In this document: piece after piece, positions 29,917-40,400 of the stretch | Position numbering within the stretch: the first letter of the stretch is position 1 | Layout: every line of letters begins with the position of its first letter | Assembly: GCA_963836235.1 (NCBI GenBank) | Contig: CAWIIP010000002.1 | Coordinates: forward strand, 768,001-832,000 | Source of the DNA: an uncultured Pseudomonadota bacterium | Lineage (GTDB): Bacteria; Oederibacteriota; Muellerivitia; Muellerivitales; Muellerivitaceae | Direction of reading: 5' to 3' | Length of the DNA: 64,000 bases | Made by a program: the position numbers and the translations under genes | Notes under the pieces: generated by a model | The model's input: the letters and a program-made list of their open reading frames with translations, nothing else | Database searches by the model: none | Told to the model about the DNA's origin: nothing

Positions 29917-32070
29917 TCAGGGGTTTATCTCCGCCGACATAGCCCGAGCCTTGGCCATACATTCTTGGGCTAGGCTGGCCTGCCCAAGCGTCTCAAAGTC
30001 CTCCCCTATTTGCTGAACCCATTTGGGGTTCGTCGGATTGAGGTTCCAGGCGATTCGAAGCTCTTCCAAAGCCTTTGCCTTCAGCCCCTGAGAAATGTAA
30101 ATGTCCGCCATCTTGAGGTAATAAACCGGCTCCCGGGGATGTTGGTTGATTCCCTTCCGGTATAACTCCAAAGCCTGTTCGGATTTTCCTTCCCATTGGT
30201 AAATCGTGGCGAGATTCACGAGGTACTCGGAATTATCCGGGTCCAAGCGATGGGCTTTTTCGAAAGCCGTCCGGGCTTCCCCATACTTTTTCAAAAAACC
30301 ATAACTCACTCCCAAATTATTGTAGAACAGCGATGAACTCGGCTCGATCTGGAGGGCGGCTTGCATTTGTCCAATGGCCTCCTCATGCCGCCCTTGGCGT
30401 TCGTAAATAGTCCAAAGGCTGAGGCGAGGCAAGATGAATTGAGGATTCAGCGTCAGGGCATAGTCGAATTCCTGAACCGCTTCCGGAACCCGGTCCTTGT
30501 ACAAAAGGGCCGTTCCCAGTCCGCCGAAAGTCTCCGCCAGGGGCGGGGGAATGGCCGCGGCCCGGCTATAAGCCGCCAGCGCCTCGTCATAGCGATGGGC
30601 CTTGATATAAGCCGCCCCCAATTTGGAATAAGCGGTCGGATTTTCGTCTGGGTAAACTTGCGTCACCCTTTCCCACAAGGCCTGGGAATTTTTCCAGGTT
30701 CCGATCTGGGCCATGGTTCCCACTCCCAGAAGGGGCGTGGCCAAAAAGAGTAATGCCGCGTACAAAACCCAGTGGTAAGAAAGAAGAAATGCCACTCCCG
30801 CCGAGAAAGGCAGAAAAAAACCAAGGCTGGCCAAATAGGTATAGCGATCGGCGGCCGCTTCACTTCCCGTTTGGATGATTCCCACGACCGGCAAAAGGGT
30901 GACGACGTAAAAAAGCCAGGCTGTCAAAAGATAGGGAACCTGGCGGCGGTAACGGAATAAAAGAATGAAAATCAGAACCACCGCCGCCGCCGCGCCGAAA
31001 TTCTCCAAAAGGTAAAAATCATTCATTTCCGGGGGAAAGGGATAATAGGCCGTCAGCCCCAGGGGCCATGCCATTTTCAGCGGATAAAAAACCAGCGACC
31101 GGAAAGAATTCATCACCCAATAAAACTCGACCCCGCTCTTGGCATAGGAAAGGGTATTTTTATGCGAGACCACCGTCATTAAGACGGCTCCAAAAGCGAC
31201 GATGAAAAATGCGGTTTTCTCCCGGATGATTTTGGCCAAGCCCAATCGCCACCGGCCCAAAGGCCAACCATCGAGAATCAGGAAAACTAGGGGAAGGGTG
31301 ATGGCCATGGGTTTAGCCATCAAGGCAAGCAAGTAAAGCCCCAGACAGGCCCAGTACTTGAAACCCTTTCCTTTAAAGGAAAAAGGCTCGTCCAAATAAA
31401 GCCACAGGGCCCCCAGGTAGAAAAAAGAATAAAGCACATCCTTGCGCTCCGTGGCCCAGGCCACCGATTCCACATGGATCGGATGAAGCCCGAAAAGCAG
31501 AGCCGTCATAAAGGCGATGGGCAGGCCAAAAGCTTTGGGCCCATCGGCGTTTCCGGATACGGACTTATCGGGAAAATGCCTCATCAACCGAAAACACACC
31601 AGGAAAACCAGAACGGTATTTAATACATGGAAAAGAACATTGGTGGCATGGAACATCCGGGGGTCTAACCCGGTTAGCCGATAATTAAGGGCGAAAGAAA
31701 GCCAGGTGAGGGGTATCCAATTTCCCGTGGGGAAGGTGGTAAACATCCATCGTACCGAGTTCCAATCAAGCCGCCGGATTTGGACGTTATTCGTAATGTT
31801 GTCCATATCGTCCCAATTGACGAAATCATTTTTCAGGACCGGAAGATAAAAGAAAGCCACCGCCAGGGCCAAGAATATCGCGCAAACCCAGAGGATCTCC
31901 CGACCTCCCTGGAGAAAAGGGGGTAGTGGCGCGGTTGAAACCTTATCCAGGCTTCCCTTTTCGAGAACTTGGGCGACCTCCGCCTCGGTAAGCCCCGTTT
32001 GGGCCGATAATTCCCGAATCGAAAGGTGTCTTTTTCGCAGGATAAAATTAATTTTATTAGCTTTGGACAA
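29917..32070 (-). CDS. TMTC-like GT-C glycosyltransferase with C-terminal TPRs and N-terminal HTH-like segment
   Basis: FVNWDD, LHPIHVESVAWATERKDVL, AKPMAITLP, ADRYTYL, W.NS..LW, TPR array; TTG start. Confidence 0.85.
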   Translation of the reverse strand: MSKANKINFILRKRHLSIRELSAQTGLTEAEVAQVLEKGSLDKVSTAPLPPFLQGGREILWVCAIFLALAVAFFYLPVLKNDFVNWDDMDNITNNVQIRRLDWNSVRWMFTTFPTGNWIPLTWLSFALNYRLTGLDPRMFHATNVLFHVLNTVLVFLVCFRLMRHFPDKSVSGNADGPKAFGLPIAFMTALLFGLHPIHVESVAWATERKDVLYSFFYLGALWLYLDEPFSFKGKGFKYWACLGLYLLALMAKPMAITLPLVFLILDGWPLGRWRLGLAKIIREKTAFFIVAFGAVLMTVVSHKNTLSYAKSGVEFYWVMNSFRSLVFYPLKMAWPLGLTAYYPFPPEMNDFYLLENFGAAAAVVLIFILLFRYRRQVPYLLTAWLFYVVTLLPVVGIIQTGSEAAADRYTYLASLGFFLPFSAGVAFLLSYHWVLYAALLFLATPLLGVGTMAQIGTWKNSQALWERVTQVYPDENPTAYSKLGAAYIKAHRYDEALAAYSRAAAIPPPLAETFGGLGTALLYKDRVPEAVQEFDYALTLNPQFILPRLSLWTIYERQGRHEEAIGQMQAALQIEPSSSLFYNNLGVSYGFLKKYGEARTAFEKAHRLDPDNSEYLVNLATIYQWEGKSEQALELYRKGINQHPREPVYYLKMADIYISQGLKAKALEELRIAWNLNPTNPKWVQQIGEDFETLGQASLAQECMAKARAMSAEINP

Positions 32071-32317
32071 AGCCCTTCAACCTTTCGACAAGAATCCAAC
32101 AGCCTTATAAACCTGGACAGGATTTTATCAAGAAAAGATATAAGACAGGATGTATTGATATAACTCGGAATTATCCTTGTGGGCCTTATCATTCCGAAGA
32201 TTCATGGAAAGTGGACAAGGTTTGTTTTGCCTCATAAACTAATGGCCAAAGACCAAGATTCCAAAGAGATCATGCGTGTCCAGAGCATTTTCCGTCTGAG
32301 AAAAAGGGAAGCCGGAA

Positions 32318-34426
32318 TTGTCGAAAATAAAGAAAAAAATAGAGTTCATCCGGCAGAACCAGCATCTTCCAATTCCAGCGTTAGTCACGCAAACGGGTTT
32401 GAATGAGCGACAGATTACAGAGATATTAAATCGTTTAAAAGAAAAACCGAAACCCTCTCCTCCGCCCTCTAACTCCGTTCAAATGGATGGGCGTCAATTA
32501 TGGGTATGCTCCATTCTCTTGGTTTTGGCCGTGGTTTTATTTTACCTGCCGCTACTGAAAAACGAATTCGTCAACTGGGACGACAGTGAATTTATTCTAA
32601 AAAATATTAATATTCGCTATTTGAATTTCCAAGCCATTCAATGGATGTTCACGAACAAATTCACCTATTGGATGCCCCTCACCTGGTTTTCTTGGGCATT
32701 GAATTTTTGGATGGGCGGGCTCAACCCCCAGGTTTATCACCTCACCAATCTTTTTCTTCACGCTTCAAATACCGTGTTGGTTTTCCTAATTTGCCTTCGG
32801 CTATTAGCTTTGGCCCAAAACAAGCCGGAAATCCTTAAGGATAGAAATGTTCAGGATTTCGTCATTCCCACCGCCTTAATGACGGCCCTCGTGTTCGGGC
32901 TCCACCCTATACATGTGGAATCCGTGGCCTGGGCCACGGAAAGAAAAGACGTCCTTTACGCCTTTTTTTATCTATCGGGCATCTTTTTTTACCTGGGTAA
33001 TACTTCCAACCCCGCCAATAAAAATTTGAGGCTGTACGTTTGCTTTGGGTTGTACCTTTTCTCCTTGATGTCTAAGCCTATGGCAGTAACCCTCCCGCTG
33101 GTTTTCCTCATACTGGATTATTGGCCTTTGAAACGCTTTCTAGGTGAATTTTCTAAGGTTGTAACTGAAAAAATTCCATTTTTCGTCTTGGCTTTTATGA
33201 TTGGTGTTTTTTCGGTACTGTCCGCCAAGGATACCCTTTCCACCAACGCAGGTACCCCCACGGCTTTATGGGTCATGAACGCATTCCGTTCTTTGGTTTA
33301 TTACCCATGCAAAATCCTCGTGCCCTTAGACCTCGTTCCTTTGGTTCCATTTCCTCACACAATGGGTATTGTTTACGAAATGGAGAATATTCTGGCCGCC
33401 TTCTCGGCAGTATTAATAACCCTAGGTTGTTTTCTTTACCGAAAGAAATGGCCGTTCTTGGGGGCAGCATGGCTGTATTACTTGGTCACTCTAGCGCCTG
33501 TGGTTGGTTTTTTCAAAACGGGAACCCAAGCGGCAGCAGACCGATTTACTTACCTATCCACCTTGAGCTTGTTTCTGTTGTTTGCGGTAGGGGTCGCCTT
33601 TTTATTATCGAACCGGCGGATGATCTTTAGGATTTTTCTGTTGATTTTAACCGGAGCGTTAGGTTACGGAACAATCAAACAACTTGAAATCTGGAGGAAT
33701 TCCCAAACCCTGTGGGAAAGCGTGGTGCGGGTTTATCCAGATGATGCCGCGGTTGCCTATTCCTATCTGGGAGGCACTTATACCGAAGCCAAAAGGTGGG
33801 ATGATGCTTTAACAGCATTCAATCGGGCTCTTTCCATTTCTCCTTCCTTGGCCAAAGCCCATCAAGGCTTGGGGCGCCTTCTTTTTTATACGGGAAAACT
33901 GAATGAGGCTATCCCGGAATTCAAGACCGCCATCTCCCTCGACCCAAAAGATGTTCTCCTATACCAAAACCTTTGGAATGTTTATGAAGGCCTGGGAAAG
34001 CATGAAGAAGCCATCACCGAGATGCAGGAAGCGATTCAATTAGACCCAAATAACGAATTGAACTACAGCAATCTCGGGATAAGTTATTCTTTTTTGAAAA
34101 AATATCCCGAAGCGCAAGCTGCTTTTCAAAAAGCCTACGACTTGGAACCGGACAAACCCCAAAACTTGCTTTACCTGGCGACGGTCCACTTATGGCAGGG
34201 GCATTTGGATGAGGCGACGGACTTATACCGGAAAGGGATCGAGCAAAATCCCCGTGCTGCGGTTTATTACCTGAAACTGTCGGAAATCTATATCGAAAAG
34301 AAAATGCTTCCTGAAGCGATGGAAATGCTTCATGCCGCATCGGACTTAAATCCCCAAGATCCAACGCTAATCCAAGAAATGAAGACGGATTACCAAAAGA
34401 TAGGTCAAAAAGCTCCCGAACAATAA
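32318..34426 (+). CDS. TMTC-like GT-C glycosyltransferase with TPRs, divergent paralogue
   Basis: FVNWDD, LHPIHVESVAWATERKDVL, SKPMAVTLP, ADRFTYL, TPR array; TTG start. Confidence 0.85.
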   Translation: MSKIKKKIEFIRQNQHLPIPALVTQTGLNERQITEILNRLKEKPKPSPPPSNSVQMDGRQLWVCSILLVLAVVLFYLPLLKNEFVNWDDSEFILKNINIRYLNFQAIQWMFTNKFTYWMPLTWFSWALNFWMGGLNPQVYHLTNLFLHASNTVLVFLICLRLLALAQNKPEILKDRNVQDFVIPTALMTALVFGLHPIHVESVAWATERKDVLYAFFYLSGIFFYLGNTSNPANKNLRLYVCFGLYLFSLMSKPMAVTLPLVFLILDYWPLKRFLGEFSKVVTEKIPFFVLAFMIGVFSVLSAKDTLSTNAGTPTALWVMNAFRSLVYYPCKILVPLDLVPLVPFPHTMGIVYEMENILAAFSAVLITLGCFLYRKKWPFLGAAWLYYLVTLAPVVGFFKTGTQAAADRFTYLSTLSLFLLFAVGVAFLLSNRRMIFRIFLLILTGALGYGTIKQLEIWRNSQTLWESVVRVYPDDAAVAYSYLGGTYTEAKRWDDALTAFNRALSISPSLAKAHQGLGRLLFYTGKLNEAIPEFKTAISLDPKDVLLYQNLWNVYEGLGKHEEAITEMQEAIQLDPNNELNYSNLGISYSFLKKYPEAQAAFQKAYDLEPDKPQNLLYLATVHLWQGHLDEATDLYRKGIEQNPRAAVYYLKLSEIYIEKKMLPEAMEMLHAASDLNPQDPTLIQEMKTDYQKIGQKAPEQ

Positions 34427-34466
34427 GGTTCAAAAAGGCAGGTAGAGACGATATTCTCCTTGCGAT

Positions 34467-37400
34467 TTATCTCAAGACCGCAATGTTCCCTGTCCTCGAT
34501 TCACTGGTTTGGCCATCATCGACTTGCAGAAGATAAACATAAAGCCCACTGGCAACTGCTTGGTTGTTAGAGTTTTGAATATTCCACAAAAGGCTGTTTA
34601 ATCCCACCTGGCCTTCCACCATGGTTTGATAAATCTCCTCACCAGCCAAGCTGTAGAGTGTCAAGTGAACTTGGGCATTTCTTCCTAAATTAACCAAGAG
34701 CTTTACTGGTCCACCGTTTCGGGAAACATTAGGTGCCACAACAGCTGAAGCCAAGAGACCGGTGAAAGGCGTGGGAGTGATTGTTGGAGTTTGAGAAGGC
34801 GTTGGTGTGGTTGTTGATTGCCCCCCCAAGGTGGAACTCTTAATGCCCTTAAAAGCAGGCGAGGGAGAACTGGGATTCGCACATGTAAACCCAAGTACCC
34901 GAACACCATCATAATCGGTCACATATAACGTTCCATTGGAATACTGGAGGTCAATAGGCAAAAGATTATTTTGCTGCGAAGAAGAAGGAGGGGTGTTAGT
35001 CGTGAGGTTGGGTTGTCCTAAAACTTGATCGGCAGGGGGATCGGTGGTGCCTGTTGGAATATTGTTATAAACCACCACTCTGAAGTTCTGGCTGTCCGCA
35101 ATGTAAAGCTGGCAGTTATTCGAATAAACACCCGTTGGAAAATTCAAACCATTAGCGGCATTACTAGGGGCATTGGCAGTGAAGCTATTTTGGCCAACCA
35201 CGGCATCAGCTGCAACGTTAGTAGTACCTTCCGATAAGGTATCGATCCCCTGACCAGCATTATTGTAAACCAATACACGGTTATTCTGCGAATCCGCAAC
35301 GAATAAACTTCCATTCGATACCCACAAACCACTAGGTCCAAAAAGACCTTGGGGACCGCTCCCCTGAGACAGGCCATTTGTGAAACTCGATTGCCCAATC
35401 ACTTCATCGGCAGGCGCATTATTTGTCACCGGCAGCGAATTAAAAATCAAAACCCTATTGTTGCCTGTATCTGAGATGAATAATCGCTGACCATCATAAA
35501 ATACGCCGACAAAGTACTGCGCTTGATTAATGTTCAGGGTTCGAGGACCAACGGCAGACCCTTGATTCGCTTGACTATGGACCATATCGACTTGTCCGAT
35601 TTCAACATCCGCAGAACCATCGACTATAGGAAGGGTACTGATATTGTGATAGATGAGAACACGATTGTTATTTGTGTCCGACACAATCAAAGTCGTGCCA
35701 TTACTCCACACTCCTTCAGGCCCGGCCAACGTATTGGCGGTAACCGAAGCACTTAGGCCAGTTTGGTTCGATAGTGAACCCGTGAAGGATGATTGGCCAA
35801 GGACTTGTGTTGCACCTGGATCGTTGCCTGTAGGAACGGGATTGTAAAGCAATACACGGTTGTTTACTGGGTCCGATACAAACAAGTTATTCCCAGCCTG
35901 GAAAACACCCATTTGCGACCCTGCCAATGTTTGACTCGTCGGATTTGATAACCCTTGATTTACGGAGTTCGAAGTAAAATTCGGTTGACCGATGACCAAA
36001 CCGGAATTCTGGTTCGGTGTGAAGATACAAGCTGGTGGACAAGTTGGGCTTGGCGTTGCAGTTGGAGACGAGATCAATGTTAAGGTAAAAGTCGGTGTCA
36101 TGGACAACGCGGCTATTGTCGTCGCGGTTTCATTGGCCTGGGTAGTGGCGACTGCAATTTCCGTAGCCGTCCCAGCGGCTATGGCGGTCGAGGTGGCGTT
36201 GGCTTGGGCCGTTGCCGTCCCTTGAGCGGTCGCCGTGCTGTTGGCAGTCGGCGATGGTGTCGGGCTTATCGTGGGCGTAAAGGTTGGCGTAATCGTAAAG
36301 GTCCGGGTGGCCGTAAAGGTAGAGGTCGGCGTGAAAGTAACGGTGGGGGTGCAGGTGACTTGCTGGGCGCAGGGCGGCACGCCGGATTCGGGATCAGGAA
36401 CGGTAGAACTGACGAATTCCTGCAACAAATGCCCGTTGTTGTAAATCGCCATGTAAGGGTCATCGGCATAAGCCGTTCCGTTGCATTGAGTATAATCCAC
36501 AACCGGCGTATCCCAATTTCCGCAGGGAGTGCCACAACGGGTCATCCAGGCTTCCAATCCATCCACCCATCCGCCCACCGGAATAGCCCCCGAAATGCCA
36601 GCAAAGGTAAGCGTCGCCACCTGGTTTGCTATATGGGAGGAATCCGCTACGCAGGGAGGGCTCATGGCAACAGCCTGGGCTGAATTGGGGGGCGGGTTGA
36701 TAGTGCCTGCCGTCGAGCCTCCGGAATTATAAATGGTGCCATTGCTACCGGACCATTGGGCGGTAACCAGCCCGGACTGGTCAAACCACATCTTGATGGA
36801 CAAAGTGGAAAGAGTTACGGGCACTGAATCCTCATTGAGTATCTTGACCTTCCATCGGCGGCTCTGGCTGTCCGTCTGGGAACAATAGACCTGCAAATTA
36901 ACCTTAGGCGATGCAACCCCGCCATACCCACAAAGCGCAGGTGTCGGCGAAATAGTAGGCGTAAAAGTTGGGGTTGGTGTGAAAGCAGGGACAATTCCTG
37001 GATCACAGGAACTGCATGTATGACCGTTTGCATCAATCATGTTAATGATGAAATTCTTACCGGACAAAGCCGAAGTAAGGTCGCAAACCGTTACCGATAC
37101 AGTAACTGGAAGGCTACTTATCGTGAGACTAGTTGGAACTATTGAAAACGTATCCGTTCCAGTAGCCGGGGTTGCAGAAAGCGTTACTGTCACGCTAGAG
37201 CAACCAGCAGGCATCGTCCCGGTAATGGTTAAAGCCACCGAGGCGCAATTGGTTGATGTTAATCCTGTAATGCCGCAGGAAGTTGACCAACCAGTGCAAA
37301 CGCAACTTGTCCCAGGTGTTGCCGTGGAGGTTGGCGTCGCAGTGGGGGTAGCCGCAAACGTAGAGGTATAGGTTGGTGAAAGGGGCCCAAAGCCCTCGGT

Positions 37401-40400
37401 AATCACCTGATTACAAACTGTATTCCCCAATGATTTAAGAATCACGAAAACTGGATTATTACTGATAGCAGGCCCACAAATCGTATAGGGGATGGATATG
37501 GCGTAGGGTGTAGGGGCTGCTGGTACGGCGAAAGTATTGTCTGGTGAACTGGAAGTGATCGTATAAGTTCCAACCGTAGCAACGACGGAAAAGGAAACGG
37601 ATACGGAGTTTGAGCAATAATTTTTGCTCGGATTAGGAACTAAGAGAAGCTGTTCATTAAAACAGTAATTTCCAACTACCGGTGTTTCAATTGGGCCATG
37701 CGCGATTACCGCTCCATTTACAAAGTCACAATTGCATGGAGTGGTAGTCGGAGTAAAGGTAAGGGTGGAAGTATAGGAAGGGGTAAAGGTTGGGGTGGTG
37801 GTTAGAGTGAACGTATTCGTGAAGGTATACGTGGCAGTATAAGTCACGGTATTGGTGGCTGAAGTGGTTGAAGTATTGGTCGTTGTAAATGTGGGGGTAA
37901 AAGTCGCTGTCGGTGTCGGGGTATTAGTGAGCGTGAAGGTTGAAGTTAAGGTGGCCGTATTGGTTAAGGTGTTCGTTGTGGTGTAGGTGTCGGTAAAGGT
38001 CGGAGTTTTGGTTGCCGTGTGAGTGGGAGTATTCGTGGGTGTGGTAGTAAAGGTTGTCGTGACCGTAGGCGTAAATGGGTTACAGACAATGGAAAAATCC
38101 AACCCCGTAAAAGGTTTTTGGGTATCTTCAACGACAATTGTGAGGATGTTAAACCCGGTCGTATTCAGACAACCTGGTGGGATAGCTATTGAACCAAAAC
38201 TTTTCCCTCCAAAGAAGACTGGAAAGACGCAGGCGTTGATCCTTATTTCCGTGACCGCGTCATCCGCCGCAGCTATGATTGCATAACTCGAAAAAGCCGA
38301 AGTCGCCGGAAAAGTTCCGCTATAAACATAATTTTCCGTTGTCGTTCCAGTATCATCTCCATTAGCATCCAGGCCTATCCACGAGGTACCAGGAAGGGCG
38401 GTTGGCCAAGTTCCATTGTTAGCGTCCACCGCCGCTTGCGTCACTAAACCAGTAAATTTAATATATGATACGCTCATTGGGATTTGCCCACTACCAACCT
38501 TAAAATTAGTGCAAACGGTTGTGGGTGTTAATGTGGGCGTAAAGCTAATTGTAAACGTGTTAGTAACCGTAAAAGTGTAGGTAGGCGTAAAGGTGTTTGT
38601 GAAGGTACCTGATGGAGTTAAAGTGGGTGTATTAGTCGTGGTGCTAGTAGTGGTATAGGTAGGCGTGAAGGTAGGCGTGAAAGTAAATGTTCCCCCTACC
38701 GCGAAGGGACTGCAATCGGAGATGGGCTGGAAAAGTCCTTCCAGACCGCATACCACACAGGAACAAACAGCCGTCAGAGTGCCACCAATTTGGGTAACAG
38801 GGAGTAGATTGGGCGCTCCGGTAACGGGGTCTTGGGTGAACTCGATCAACTGCCCGGTGGAGGTGGTTATCCGAACCGTGTTGGCTTCGATATTAATTCC
38901 CGTCATGTTGGAAACACCGTTCGGAAGGCCGGGAATAGTATACAACTGGGGATAGGAAGTCCAAGTCCGGCCATCGTCTGTGGAATGCAAAATAACGTTG
39001 TAACAAGTGCCACCCGCACAGGCTTCGTTTCCAACCGCCCAGATATTGGTGGAACCGGGAGGACCGGTCTGCTCGAAAATATCGGTGATCTCGGTGATAT
39101 TTACGGCGGTTCCGTTGATAGTTGTTGGCAATGAGCTTTCGCAGAAAATCCCTGAGCCTGAACTATGTAAGATAAATCCTTGCCCCAAATTGTTTCGGCC
39201 CACGATCCATTGTTCACCGCCGCTTGAGAAATCGAAAGTTTTATCGAATCTCAATAATCCACCAGAGAAATCCGAGGGATTGGGGACCGCATAGCCTGTG
39301 CAATTAGCAGCACTCCCAAAACTCGTAGCACCCAAAGTTCCACCACTAACGGAGGTTCCTCCCGGCGTCCCATTCGTTGCCACATTCCAAAGTTGCCCGC
39401 CTACCCCGATAATTTGAAGTTGCGAACAGCCCAGATTGCCCTTCACGTCAGTCAGGTCTACGCCAGTACCACCCGGTAAAACCAGGCTATTCCAAGTCAC
39501 TCCCCCGTCCGTGGTCCAAACCACTGTGCCATTCGCCCCGACGATCCACCATTCATCCGCCGTGCAGGCGAAGATGGCGTGGAAGCCGACGGTAACCGGA
39601 ACACCACTGACCACCACCGGAATAACACGGCTTGAAGCCCCTGAACCGGTCGTGGTTCGTTCGACAAGCGTTCCGTCATCCCCCACGACCAGGTTAATGA
39701 AGGTTCCGTTGCCCGCCGAAATGCAGGCCACTCCATGGTAATCCACCACGGGAATAGTGGAAGTCGGGGTGGGGGTTGGCGTGGGTGTAAGCGTATTTTG
39801 GTTTGCGACACCAGTTTCCGTCAAAGTGGGGCTGATGGTAGGCGTCGGCGTGTCCGTCGAAAAAGAAGTTGAATTGGGAGTTGTCGTAACGGTTCCAGTG
39901 CCAACCCCCGATGTTCCATTTGGAGTTATGGTAAATGTCGGAGTGCCGGTAAAGGTAGCGGCGGCTGTTTGAGTGGAAGTGGGACTACCTGGGGTTCCGG
40001 TACCCGAAGTTCCATTAGGACTTTGGGTAAATGTGAAAGTAAAAGTACCGGTGAAGGTAGCCGCAGCCGTTTGCGTGGAAGTGGGACTGCCGGGAGTTCC
40101 GGGCCCTGAAGTAATAGTAAAGGTGGGTGTATTAGTCGCAGTAGAGGTTGCAAAAGCCGTAGAGGTAATGGTGGTTGTGACAGTCGGCGGTGTGCGGGTA
40201 CCAGTAAGCGAGGGGGTATTGGTGGGAGTGTTGGTTGGTGTAACCGTTCCAGAAGGAGGTCCAATTGGTGGAACAGGCGGAAGACAATATGTCGTTACTG
40301 TTCCCTCGCAGACTACCGCGTAACCAATAATGTCGCCGTTGGCATTGGTAATCCAAGCCACAGCTTTGTTTTGCATCATGGAATTCGAAAGGTTTTGAAC

